A DNA stretch of 64,000 bases from Oikopleura dioica (GCA_907165135.1 OU015568.1:8742001-8806000), one strand, 5' to 3'. Counted from the first letter of the stretch, positions 48,101 through 60,845 are shown. Translations and numbers: made by a program. Notes: generated by a model not told the origin, from the sequence alone.

Positions 48101-51100
48101 AGTAAAAGAAAAATTCCTAAAGTAGACCTCTGCGGCGGAGAAGTCCTGAACCCGCGCGAGGCGAGAGAGTTAAAATGGAAGGAGATAGAAAGGCATTCAG
48201 AGACATGCAGAATACGAGTCATAGATTGGAAGGGATAGCCAGGTACTTTTAAATGAAGTTCAATCGACCCCAAGAATTCTCAATTTCTAAACGTTTGTTC
48301 TTTATAAATAGGCTTTATTGTGCAAATAAATATATAAAAATTATATAAAAAATGTCGGTTGATAAAGGGCTTATCCTTTTGAAAGCCCCTCTTTATTTTT
48401 TATAGTACTTTGAAATGACCTATCCTTTATACTGTCCCCACTGAGTAGCCCTAATTTAGCTAATGAGGTAGCTAAGTGCACCTAAATAAGGTGTACTGTA
48501 AGTGATAAAGACAGCTCGATCGATAAGAAAATGATCAATACTGCCGACTGCGCTTTTTTGTTGCTTCGAGTTCCACTGAGTTCTTGTTCATCCCCTCCAG
48601 CTTTCGAGAGAGGTATTGAATATAAAAAAAGATAGAATGAAAAGGTGAAGCTGTCGAAAGTGAGTGAAGCAGCTTACTTGAATAATGAGATGGAAAAGCG
48701 GGTTGAAATCGGCTATTGCCGCTTTTAAATCGATCTCGGAATAATTGCTTCCCGCTAATTCGGAGGACGGTCTCGCCTAGATCGTACCTTCCACGCGCCT
48801 CGGGCGATACTAAAATACTGCATTTTTACTAGTAGAGATGTATAAATCCGATCTTCTTTAGAACGAAAAAAGGTTTTAAGAGATAATTTTCAGTTGACCA
48901 ATCAGATTGTCAGCGGAAGATAAAATTACGCCACCGCGTGAATTAAAATTTATTTTTTTAGTTTTCATAAGGTTTTGAAAGAGCTTAAATCTAATATGAA
49001 TGATAAAAAATCGCCAATTAGGGGAAAAAGAAGAAGCGTGGCCTTGAAGTGACGCTAAGCGTCGGTATTTCTTCATTTGCGGGAGGAAAATCAATCTGAA
49101 ATCGATGTGTACACCTAAATAGTGGTTTGCCCCCGCGTTCTCTGAACGCTTCATAACCACAGAACTTTCATATCAGATTGTCGCCAAGAGATATCATTAT
49201 AAAACTCACTATTTTTGCCGGTAATTGCATCAGATGATAAATTATTGAATACCATTATTAATTTGTGCATTACTTTTTTTGCCGAGAAGCAGCAACTGAT
49301 GAATGTTTAACGAGTGCTGGTCTACCGTGAAAACCGTTCGACGTGTTCCTTTTTTATATTTCATTTTTCAGAACGATCGAAGAAGAGGCTCGAGCGGCTT
49401 CGCAGTGGTGCCAGGAGATGCTCGACGACTTCGGCGTCAACGAATTGACTTGGACTAAGAGCAAAGCTGAGGAAGATCTAGAGAGCTTGAACAAGGCTTA
49501 CAAGACGCTTGATGAGTTCAATACAGGAGGTAAGAGCACTTCTTTGGCATTAAGAGTGAATATCATCAATAGAGACATCATGCGTTTTCAACCCTTTTTT
49601 CTACGATAAATTGAGCGATAAGAGGATCTATATATCGAATAAACGCCGGTTGGGCCTTAAATATTAATCTGGCGAGAGTAACTTGTCGATATATAAAAAT
49701 GATTTAAATATTCAGACGATTCCATCAGCGAAGCCACGAAGCGATGTCGAGATGCGCTCGAAGAAGCAATTCAAAAACTCAATGAATTGGTTGAGGATTT
49801 GAATCTATCCATCGATTATGAGCAAAAGCTCAAATTCCTCAGCGATGTAAATCCCATCCTCTTATCTGTCTGGATATTTACTGTATTCTAGTGGCTCGAA
49901 AAAGTGGAAAACCAGGTGTCAAACGAACCCTTCAACGTGACTGTGAAAGACCAGCTGGAGAAAAACATTGAAAAGTACGAGAAGTTGAACGAAGTGATTA
50001 CTCAGAAAGAAGTGCTCGTCTCAGAAGTTATTCAGCATGGCGAGGAATTAGCTGACCGAGCCAAAACCAAACAGGAAAGGTCAAATCACCTTAGCAACAA
50101 ATATATACTCGTTAGTTGTTACTCGACAGACTGACTAGTCAAAACACTTATCCAGGGCGATTATCTCGCGGTTCTCGCGCCGATATGGCGAGTTCTTCCT
50201 TGATTTCAATTCCCAAATAAGCAAAATATAAATTTCGACTAGAATAGTTTTCTTCAAAGAAAGAAACATTCCACAATTGAAATTCTTGGGATATGAAAAA
50301 GGAAAGTCTTAAAAATATACAGCACTGCTATTTTATCACTGCAAAGCTTTGACCTTTTGCTCAGGAAAGTTACAGAGCAGGTGTCTCCAGCCTCGACGCA
50401 GAGTGGAAGCGAGTCACGAAGATGGTCGATGAGCGCAAACACAAACTGTCCGAGTGGTCAGTATCGTTGCACAAATACGAGGAAGTTTACGTTGGCACAG
50501 TCAGATCCTGCGAGGATCTATCGCATGAGGTATCGAAGCTCGAAGAATCTGTTTTGGAAGGAACGCGGGATGGAAAAATGTAAATTTATGTAGCGCTAAT
50601 CGCAATTAAACCTAGCTTTCACAACTGCTGCTTTACAACGTGACATTTTTGAAGGGGTTCACAGATGATTATTTTAGTTTGATTTTATTGGAGCTATTCA
50701 AAGTGCTCCCCTGGGGCCGGGCCTAGTTGAGCCCGGAGGCTTATGGAGTGACTTGTCACGCATTTCCTCACTTAAACTTAATTCCCATCGACTATATTTT
50801 ATCTTTTCCATCCCTTTTTCTCAGAAGTCGAATTCGCCGAAATTATGAGCAGCATCGAAATTCTGAAAGAACAAATAGAGAACGTCAAAGCTGAAGCCGA
50901 AGCGATCATCGAAGATTTCGAAAAAACCGACAATGGAACGGACAAAGGCCAATTCCTCGAACTTGTCAACTCTGTTCCTGAGAATCTCAAAGCAGATTGT
51001 AAAGACTTGGATAAGCGACTTCAGCAAATCAAGACCAACCAAGAACTGTCCATCAAACTAGCAGAGAAAGGAAAGACTGTAATCGACTTTGTGGAGAAAG

Positions 51101-54100
51101 CAAATGCCGTCTTAGACTCTGATCGGCTACCAGTAAATCCAAATGAATTAGAGGAGCAATTAGACATGTACGACCGGCTCGATGCTGAACTGGAGGATTT
51201 GGAAGTAGTAGTCAAGATGATCTCCGATTGGTCTGTAGAAATCCAGAAAGGGCCTAACCCGAGTAAAAATGTGGACGACATGGAATCGCTCTTATCCGAT
51301 CAAATGAGCAAGACTAAGCGATCGATTGAGAACAAAGCGCATATCTTCAAAAACCTTGTGGACAATTGGAAAGAGCTCGAAGATGCATTCGCCCTTGTAG
51401 AAGAGCGCAGCAACAGGATCAAGAGTGCACTTGAAGAGTCTGACGCGGATACAGTAAAACTAGCAGAGCTTATCGACGAGGCTGACATCAACAAAGAGCT
51501 CAACTCGATTCAAGAGATGATTAACGTCTTCCTAGACGGCAATATCATGAGCGAGTATCTTGAAGAGAAAGGACAGGGGATTTCCAGTAACATCAACTCT
51601 CAAATTGCAGAAGCTCAAAGAAAGATCAGAGCCAGCACAGAGGATGAAAAGAGCGAAGAGATTGAGCAATGGGTAGAGAGCAGTTCTCAAATGGTCCACA
51701 AAGCAGAATCACTTGGAGAGCTTCAAACCATCCACGAAAAAATCCAGCAATTTGCAAATGATATTGACCAGAACAACAGTGTTCAAGAGAAACTTATTGC
51801 ACTGGACGATCTCGTCCGTGATCGAGTCAAGTCACTTTCAGAGACTAAAGATGTTGACGAGCAGACGCAAAAGGTCAAGACAGATCTTCAAACCCACATT
51901 TCTCTTCTTGAGAAAATGGAGAGTTCGGGAGAAACCGCAGTGGATAAACCCGCAGAGTTCCAGATTGCCTTGAATGCGATCGATTCCTTGGAAGAAAAAT
52001 ACAAAGATCTTCCAGAGTTCACTTCACTCAAAGAAAAGATCGAAGTTCTTCGTCTTCCAGAAGGCACGAATGACCGAACCTCATCAGTCGAAGCTAAACT
52101 TTCCGATTCCGAAGCGCAACTAGCCACCACAGAAGTGAAAGCAGTCTCCCTCAGTGGTACGACAATCGAAGAAGCGAAAGCTGCGGTTACTCAGGTTTAC
52201 ACTGATCTTGTGACGGTCAAAAACGATCTGGAGCAGTTGATCTCAACCAAACGAAAGCTCAATGAGCATGGATTTATCGATAAAGACACCGACTTCTCCT
52301 TGTCATTAGTGGCACTTAGAGAGCGATTCAATAATATCGGAAAACGAATCACGGATTCTAAAGTGGCCCTTTCAAAATCGGCACGACGAGTTCAAAAGCT
52401 CAAGCGCGCGGTCGAAGATACTGATCAGTGGGCTCATGAGGTGCTTGCCCAGTCGGTCGAACAGTACCCGATGACTGACAGATTAAGGTAAGACAAAGTC
52501 CCTCGCCTATGCATCCAAATTCTTAAGGATGGCAAGTGACGCTGAGATCCGAAAACGAGAAGTTCTCGAAGCCACTGAAGATTGTGTCAATAAACTCCAA
52601 GCGAATCTCGGCGCTGATTGCTCTCAACTTGTTGCAGATGTTCACCAAGGCTTGGACTCGACCGAGACTCTCGTCAAGGCTCTCCGAAATGAAGAAATCC
52701 AGTCTGATGCATCATCGGTGAGTAGCTCGTCGTCAAGCTCTTCGAGCTCAAGCTCCGATTCAAGTTCGAGCTCGAGCTCAGAATCGGAAGCAGAAGCAGA
52801 TAAGTCGGTCATTGAGACACCAACGAGATCTACCCCTAGCCGGGCAAAAACTGCGGGCCAAAAGATCTCGGTCACCAAACGGCCAGAACTTTCGCCCATC
52901 TTTTCTAATAAGGAAAATGTCCCGATTCCAAAAGAGAGGCACTCGGTGAAGGTAAAATTTTTCGCATCCTTTTTTTCAAAAATAAATCAATCAATTTCAA
53001 TCATTTCAACCGGTGAATCGGGCATCTTATAATTCCGCACATTTGGTGATTCAATCGTTCATCATTTTTAATCCGTTATAGTAACCGCTTCTTAGGAAAT
53101 TGGTGAGAGCAAGGATGACATCAAAGGAATCAACATCATGCTTTCGAAGATCGAGATTGAGCTTGAAGATTCGACCCTTGGAGTAAGCAATCCTAAGTAC
53201 ATCACTAGACAAGCAGAGATTCTCTCCGTCCAACGAGAAAAGCTCGACGAGGTCAAAGGTTTACTCAAGTTTGAATTGATCTTTATATTAATTCATCCTA
53301 GCTTATCTCGAAACTGAAAACGACGAAGACAATCCTAATCTCCGCACTATCGCGTCAACCAAATACAAGGCCCTCGAGGAAACTTATGCCGAGAAGAAAA
53401 ACGCGTTCGATGCAGTTGCAGAGATTTGGAGTGGATTTGAGAAAGAGTGCAATACTTTGCTTGAAGACTTGCGACCAGAGAACATCTCGCACGACGTGGT
53501 GGTGGACGCTGCTGATCGTCTCAAGGCGCTCAAATTCAAAGTCAACTCGGTAAGTACAACTCGGTACTGTAGTTGCTAATGCAAAATTAATATGGAAATT
53601 GAGCACAGCAAAGAGCATCGATTTTTCTGTGTTCTTTGAGCGTCCTCAATTATTAATTATCTAGTTAATACACTCTCCTTTTTGCCTGCATCCAAAAGCG
53701 ACTTTGAGGCAATTTCTTAATTTTTTAAAAGGGTCCAGATAGTATCGGTATGTTTTTAATTGACATCATGGGCGTTTAGGCGAAAGAACCAGCCACCAGT
53801 CCGAGAAAAGGCGACTCAAAAGCGCAGGAGATGCTTGAAAAGGCCCAGAATTTGATCGACAACTTTGAAGATCAGAAAATCATGAAGATCGAACAGACTG
53901 ACGAGCAGAAATCCGAAGAAGTTACGAGAACATACGAGAGCGTACAACAGTTTGCGAAGAGCTCAGTTATGGTTTATGGATGCCAAGCTTCTATCAACAC
54001 TGTGGAGCAGCAAATAGGTACAGTGATTATGAGAACTTGAGCATAAACTTTGTCTAGAATCATTCGAAAAATGCCTCCTTGACGAGAGCGCTTCTGAGGA

Positions 54101-57100
54101 AGATGAAGAAAAGATGCAAAAGATCCACTCTTTGATCCAAAAGAAAAAGACAGACGTTCAGATCGTCAAGGAAACTTCCAAAACCATCAAAGAGGTTCAA
54201 AGCCAATTGGTTGTCGAGCTCGAAACTGCTCACCAGACCTTCATTACTCTTGAGAATAGATCTACCAATACTACTGAGGAAAGCCATGATCTTCTTGAGC
54301 AATATGAGGTGTGGAAAAACTCATCTGACAGAAAATGACTGTATCTTTAGAAACTAAATTCTTCCATGTTCGAAATTGAGTCCAAGCAATCTCAAATACG
54401 CCACGAAGTCAACGAAGCGAACGACACATACGGCTTTAACTTCGAAATCAAGGAAGATATTCTCTGCGAATCTGTCGTCATGAAACTACGACAAGACTTG
54501 AGCGATGCGCAGCGGGTGACCGTCGAAAAATGGAGGCGCAGCGTGTGATCTTCGAGGCTGAACAAGCTCTTGCCAGATTGACCGCTAGCTCGGTATGTTG
54601 TAAATATGAAATGGTCCTCTGGCAATGTGCCTAGATAGTATCTTTGGCCCGGGGCGCGGTTTTGACCACTTCAATGAAAATACGATTGTGCTCGTTTATT
54701 TTCTCGCAAAATTGATTCCGTGAAAAGCACTTCCGATACGGGCAATTTGAGGCGATCGCCGTGTCAATTATTGAAATCCCGTGAGGTCACGATCCGGTGC
54801 AACCCAGCCCAGATCTCACCTCCTTGTCACATTTTTCATTCGGAACCTGGATCTCTTGGAACCTTTGCTTTTTGAAAAACTGAAAAATGAGAAGGCCAAA
54901 GTTTTGGCGAAATCGGAATTCGCTCTTTTTGGCGAGTGACAAGAGCAGTTCTGATTTTTCTAGTACCCAAGAGATTTCGAAGAGCACAGAGAATATACTC
55001 CTGAGTGATAGCCAAGAAAAAAGAAATGTTACTGAGATAGATTTCGACAATCTCAGCTGGAGTGATTTAAAAATTGACCTCTCCCTTGTAAGTTGGGTAA
55101 CAATAAGAGAACGGGAGAATAAAGCCAGCTAACTAAATTGGGGAATTAATCGGACTTTATGACCTTTCAAGCGATCAAAGGGTTTCCCCTGCCTCTCAAA
55201 TTGTTCCTGTCGGGGAGGATTTGATTTATCTTGTTTCAAAAAGCATCCTCCCTTTTTCTTATTTTCCAGGTCCCATTTTGAAGAGCGGATCTTTTTCAAG
55301 CGAAAAATTGATTAGAAACAAGTTGATAAGGACAAAAAAGCAGTGCTTATCAATTTGCAGAGATGCTTGAGCTCGACTGGCTAATCAAAGCTGCAGTCGC
55401 ACTTTACAAACTAAAGTACAAGCCGATGGCAAGTACGAGTGAAATCTCCAAGAGAATTTCGCTCATTTTAGAGAGCTTCGAAAAGGTAAAAAATGGAATT
55501 TTCAAATTCTATTCTTGGAAACTCAAACGTAAAAAATCGCCTTTGTTTTGGCATCTAGGCCGTTTATGTTTTCCAAATTTACTCGTTTTATTGTTTTCTT
55601 TGTGCTCCCGGAATTTTAAATTTACAAAACCTTCCATTTTTAGGCCGCGGTCCAAAGCCAACTCATGCGCCTAAAATCACTTGCCCCATTTTTGCGATTT
55701 TTGATTTGTATTTTTGAGATTTCGAATTTTTCATTCTAAAACCGAGGGTTCTTGAGAGCACGCGGAAGAGGCTTTTTGATCCTTTTGAGTTCATAAAAGC
55801 CGTTTTGTTTGGCCTGGTCAGTGAGCTTGAAGCAAGTTCCCACAAATTTTATTAAGAAAAAAAAGATGAGATATCTGGATACTCTCTGGGAGGTATTCTT
55901 TTATAAGGCCATTTAATAAAATAAAGAGAAAAAATGGATCTTGACGAGTATTTTAAGGATCTTGAAGCAGAGCTTGAATCGCATCGAAAAGCACTGGAGA
56001 AAATTTCCGTCACTGTTGATAGTTACAACTTATCTTCAAAGGTAATTACAGTGTTTAGCAATCAACGACTATTATGATAAATCTTAGTTCAATGAAGTTG
56101 ACGCTAAAATCTCCGCGAAGCTTGACCGGTCAGAATCCGTCAAGAAGCGCATCGAAATCGACGTCGATCACTGGCGAAACATCTCCGGCAGCCTTGAAGA
56201 GTACGCAGCTTGGATTGTATCCAAACAGCCTTCTTCCGAAATCGGCGATTTGTCCTCCTCTCCATCTGTTGAAGATGCTCTCAACAAAAAGGCGAATGAT
56301 TGTGGAATGCTTCTAGTGGAAATGGAAGCGAAGCAATCTGTCATCGAGACAGCTTTGGAGAGCTCGGCGGACGCGCTCAAGAGTTTTGAAAAACTCGGAG
56401 TTGAAGAATCCACGCTTGAGAGCTCTACCCAAGCAGTCCTTGGAAATCTGAGGGACAGACAGTCTGAAACAAAGGTAAAATGAATACTCTTCAACTTTAT
56501 CACTCATCATATTCAAGAACGCCTGGACAGATTTGCAGACAAGTGTCAACGCACGAAAAGAGCTCATTCTACGAAAAATCGAGTCGTTGAAATCTTTCAA
56601 AGAAAAGATTCAAATCATCAATGAAATCTGTGATCGGCACAGCGAAAAGATCCCAACCGACGATGTGAAGGCCGGAGAGGTCTTTATTTCTGAAATGAAA
56701 AAGCAACTCAATGGAGAACTCGCTGGATATTCCGAGCTTCAACGAGACGCCGACACAGTTCTCGAACGATGGGAATGCGCAAAGAAGGAAAAAGAAAGCT
56801 CAAAGAGTGCCTCTCGGCCAGCTTCGATTATCATGGAAGAGCCAGTCACGGTCATGATTCCAGAAGAGCCAGTGATGTCTCAGCCAGACTCACCTGACGA
56901 TTCTTTCCAACCAGATATTTCCCTAAATGCAAGAAGCAGTGCTGAGAGTTCAAAACTCCAGGTAACCAAATCAACTCAGAATTATGTCTACTCGTATTTA
57001 GCCCGAGGCGAATGACGCCATTAACACCAGGCCAGTTGACTGGGAACGTCAAGAAAAAGACAACGGAGTTCCTTACTACGTTAATCACATGACAAAGAAG

Positions 57101-58543
57101 ACAGTATGGACTCACCCAGTCCTGACCGAGTTCATCAACGGTCTACAAACTCTCAACAAAATGCGCTTCTCCGCTTATCGAACCGCCATCAAGCTCCGTA
57201 AAATCCAGAAGAAGCTCACTTTGGACTACTTCAACATTGACAATATGCAGAAGGCATTCAGAACTGTTTCTCCTGATCCGAATGCAACGATCGAGGTGAT
57301 CGTTTTGGCTGAGATTCTTTATGATCTGTACGAAAATTCTAAGCAGCGCGCTCAACAGGTAAAAACCAGATAAATTTTCTCCCGATCATAAATTATTTAG
57401 GCCGACTTGACTCTCAATTGGCTACTCTCCGTTTTCAACCCTAAGCGAGAAGGAACCATTCCAGTTCTCTGTGTCAAGGTTGGCCTCGTTGCTTTGTGCG
57501 GCGCGCAGCTGGAGCAGAAGTACAGATATCTTTTCACCGCTGCCAGTGGTGCGAAGAAAACGATGAACAAGGAAGGCCTCAAAGCTCTTGTCTACGCGCT
57601 GGTGCAAATTCCATACCATCTCAAGGAACACGTCGCCTTTGTCGGAGGCGAACTCAACGTGGATCCGACTGTCGAAAGCTGCTTCCAATACAGGTGAATT
57701 ATTAACTGCACTGTTTAATTATCAAATTCGCCTTTCAGAGGAAATCCCAAGAGTCCAACCCTTCACATGGACGACTTCATGAAATGGTGCTCACTTGAAC
57801 CTCAATCAATGGTCTGGGTTCCAGTCCTCCACCGACTGATTTCAGCCGAGAAAGTCACTCATAATGTCAAATGCCAATGCTGTAGCAATAAGGACTTCAC
57901 TGGCTTTAGATACAAATCCCTCAAGGTAGAATTTCATTGAAATCAAGGAAGACTCACCATTTCTTTTTTAGCGATTCCGACATGATCTCTGTCAAGAATG
58001 CTTTTTGTATGGCAAGGCAAATGAGAAGAAACTCGTTCATTATCCCTTGGTCGAGTATTATAACGCGACTGGAACAAGCGAAAACATCAGGGACTTTGTA
58101 AGTCGACAAGTTAAAGCCAGTAAATTTACTAAACGTTTCAGATGCGAACTGCTAAAAACAAGCTCTCGCGCAAGAAAAAGACCAAGCGCCCACCACTAGG
58201 CTATCTTCCGATTAATCCTCAACGAAGCGCAAGCTTTGACAACTCAAGAAACTCAAATAACTCAACCCTCAATGTAAGAAACGTTCATTTTTTATCTGTT
58301 TTTACATGTTTATTTAGGCTTCTGGAATAGATGAATCACTGAATCTTCCAACGACTCCCGAGAAAAACGGCTTGAAAATGTCGAAATCGGAGAATGACAC
58401 TAGTTTATCTTCGATTAAGGTACTCTGCTTCTCATAAGAAAAAACTTCTAATGATATTTTAGGAGAGATCCGAAACGACAGATTTGGAAAAGGAAAAGAT
58501 CAAAGAGCTGAGCGCCGAGTTGTCGAAACCGACGACGAGGTAG
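33113..58543 (+). CDS. DMD: Dystrophin/utrophin orthologue: CH1-CH2, spectrin-like repeats, long acidic insert, more repeats, WW, EF-hands, ZZ, short tail
   Basis: CH1: EKIQARTFTK, DNLFEDLRDGKRLL, NIQAAELVAGNEKITLGIVWTILHHFQ. CH2: FKSCWVDG, PDSKCIQLYVSYLY. WW: PVDWERQEKDNGVPYYVNHMTKKTVWTHP. EF: RFSAYRTAIKLRKIQKKL, LNWLLSVFNP, LEQKYRYLF. ZZ: KCQCCSNKDFTGFRYKSLK|RFRHDLCQECF...YPLVEYY. Also LGYLPI. Splice phases were traceable across almost all exons, with two exceptions listed under findings. Confidence 0.93.
34220..35030 (-). CDS. Candidate nested antisense gene inside the dystrophin intron after CH1
   Basis: ATG ORF 34386-34658 (MDRFRSRKISPKRRKEE...RRLS...RRSS) plus exon-like segments EICQLCKLPK...QRIHHEYE and ENKKGIIAFSRAAQAEEMSCFQQCITAGFPR| bounded by AG/GT. 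Confidence 0.35.
37874..37896 (+). repeat. Interstitial telomeric repeat (TTAGGG)3TTAGG in a dystrophin intron
   Basis: TTAGGGTTAGGGTTAGGGTTAGG read directly. Confidence 0.85.
42165..42921. mobile_element. 757-bp foldback element, TTAA-flanked with GG...CC termini (Kolobok-like), in a dystrophin intron
   Basis: TTAA|GGGTAAAACATGAAATCGGCGCGG ... CCGCGCCGATTTCATGTTTTACCC|TTAA. Arms of ~345 bp, near-identical over the outer ~300 bp, surround a short spacer. Confidence 0.92.
46271..47109 (-). CDS. Candidate nested antisense coding exons in the large dystrophin intron 45562-49370
   Basis: Overlapping ORFs 46817-47109 and 46271-46573 with splice-like boundaries (TTTTCAG|GCGAAAGG) and protein-like composition. 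No recognisable domain. Confidence 0.3.
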
Positions 58544-58884
58544 TCGACGACGCCCGCGGCTAAGAGCTATCCTCAATCTGCCTAACCCATTCAATTTCAG
58601 AACGCTATCTATTTGTAAAATATCACACAATAAACACACAGCTTGCTTTACTCAAGTGAATATTTCTTTTAAAATTTTATTGTAAGTTGCAACAATTTTG
58701 AACTGGTAGAATAACAATTAAAATAGTTTGATGATCTGGTTATTGTTAAAACCGGTTCGGCAAATTCCACACTCGTACAACTGTGTCAAGCAAGAATAGC
58801 AAAATCTATGACCACATGGAATCGTCGACTCCCGACGATCGTTTTCATTGTAGTTTTCAAAGCATACTTTGCAAGTGTTTGGCT

Positions 58885-59322
58885 CTAAAAAAAGAGTTTG
58901 CTTGCCAGCTTATTCAAGATAATCTTACGATTCTTTTTGCAAATTTCATTTGTCATCAATAATATCTCAGATTCTATACGAGTAGACTCGTTGGCAAGTT
59001 TTCTTTGCTTATCCTCACATTCTCTAAGATACTTTCTCGCTCGTTCTACTTGCGCCGTCATCGCGGTTTCCATCAATTGAGCCATCTGAAGCTTATCTTG
59101 CAAGGTTTTCAATTGCTCAAATGGTGTTTGCTCTTTTGGAGGAGGGTCTTCACAGCAAGTTGCATTGAAAAACTCGACGAATTTGTACGTTTTCTTGCAC
59201 TTTTTCTTTGGACATATAAATTTAGCATCGGTCGTTTGCTCGCGAATGGGAACGAGAGCGGTACCTGCTGCGCATATAGTACAATACGATCGTGTTTTGG
59301 GAGGAAAATGGATAGTTCTCAT
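58885..59322 (-). CDS. Small Zn-ribbon-like (CxxC...Cx4C) + coiled-coil protein
   Basis: ATG at 59322; YCTICAAG...FICPKKKC; heptad-rich C-terminal half; convergent with the dystrophin 3' end. Confidence 0.6.
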   Translation of the reverse strand: MRTIHFPPKTRSYCTICAAGTALVPIREQTTDAKFICPKKKCKKTYKFVEFFNATCCEDPPPKEQTPFEQLKTLQDKLQMAQLMETAMTAQVERARKYLRECEDKQRKLANESTRIESEILLMTNEICKKNRKIILNKLASKLFF

Positions 59323-59676
59323 TGTTTCTGTGAAACTAGGAATAATCACTCAAATATTTGTGGCTCTTTAATTGCTAACCCTTGGCATTGAAAGCATTCT
59401 CTGACTTTTCCTCTCCGTTTTAGAAAATCCTTTTCAATTTTTCTGATCATATTTTAACATCAACTGATGATCTGCGATGTTTTTTTCATTTTCTTGCATT
59501 TCTTTTGCCGAAAAAGGGAAAATACTGTTTGTCCACTGTTAATCATCAGATTCAAGCAATGCAAATAGGTCAATAAATGGTCGAGTAAATATGGATATTT
59601 TTATTGATAAGAAAACAGTTTGAATGGAAAGATATCTTCAAAATTATCTTTTGTTTCCATGTTAAAAAACTTCTTT

Positions 59677-60505
59677 TTAATAACACTGTCCAGCGGGCTT
59701 GGCAAAGGGTCCATCGCAGCATTGATTGGCTCGGACAATCTCGTTGAAGGGGAAGGTTGTCTTGTCTCCGCAGCAGCCGACAGCTGGATTGTAGCCGTTT
59801 CCGCCACCGCCGGGGATGCACTCTTCAGTTCGGTTGAAGCCACCTTTGACGGAGTGGTATTTCTCTTCCCATTCGTCTTCGAATTTAGAGAGTCCCTTGG
59901 CGAGCGCCAAGTCGCACTCGCAAACGTTTCGTCGGCAAGAGCCTTCTCTGTTGGTGCATTGGACGGTTTTGACTCCGTTTTCCTCGAGAAGTTGGAATCC
60001 GTAACCGACCTCTTCGCCAATGCAGCTTCTTTCGCCGTCGTATTCGTTCTTGAGACAGTGGTAGCACTGCTTGAAGTCCTTGCAGCTTCGGTCGATGTTG
60101 TCCTTTGGTTTGCCGTATCCGCCACCAGCGATGTTGTGGGATCCTTCTGGCAAGCAGTAGCATCCGTAGTAGCAGTATCGGCCAAACTTTTGCTCTTTTT
60201 GGAGCCAGAGAACGACAACCTTCAATTGTCGGAATTTTCGCGACTCGACTTCGGAGATGAAGCGAGATTGTTCTCCACCGCTGAGATTGAAGATCAATTG
60301 GTCGAGTTCATCAGTAGTTCCGTCTAAAAACAGTTTTTATCTTGCTTTGGGGGGGGGTTTATTTACCGGTGAGTTCAGCAAGGAACTCGTTGAAGAAATC
60401 AACAGATTCTTCTCCAGTAAATGTAAACTCGGTTTCTCGTCGGTTTCTGCTCAAGCCAGTTTCGGCGGCCATTGCACCAAGAGAGAAAAGACTGAAAAGC
60501 TTCAT
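59677..60505 (-). CDS. Secreted phospholipase A2-like (group I/II/otoconin-like fold) protein, non-catalytic; 2 exons
   Basis: Signal peptide MKLFSLFSLGAMAA; YCYYGCYC...GYGKPKDNIDRSCKDFKQCYHC; CRRNVCECDLALA. Exons 60505-60367 and 60323-59677. Confidence 0.9.
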
Positions 60506-60845
60506 TTTTGGAGGTTGTTTCTTTTTGCTTTGGATCGAGTATTTCGATTTTGATGCTTTCTCCAAGACAGAGATGGGTATTTATAGTTGTTTAATTCCAT
60601 GGTGGTTAGGCTCTTGCGCCACCTAAACCGGTAAACGAAAGACGTACCACCTAATTGAAGTGATTCCCAGAGTATCCTCAGCTAAGGGGATTTACCCCGC
60701 TTGCGGTTGAAACAAGGTCTCCTTTAAATAATTTTCCTCGAAGTTCCAAAGACCTTTAGCAAACCGAGTAATGAACTCGATTTCAAAAAGAGATGATTTT
60801 CAGGAAAAATGAAAGCTCCCTTTATGTAGCTCTTTATTCCGGATT

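Noticed and set aside
33500-58000. Numerous minus-strand Ser/Phe/Leu-rich ORFs opposite dystrophin exons (e.g. 40617-40991, 45195-45515, 51021-51503, 52642-52899)
   Set aside because: They are antisense shadows of Glu/Lys-rich coding exons.
59601-60327. Long alternative-frame (205 aa, -) and antisense (235 aa, +) ORFs over the PLA2-like exon
   Set aside because: Strong C-ending codon bias in the real frame suppresses stops in other frames. The products are low-complexity and lack independent starts or splice signals.
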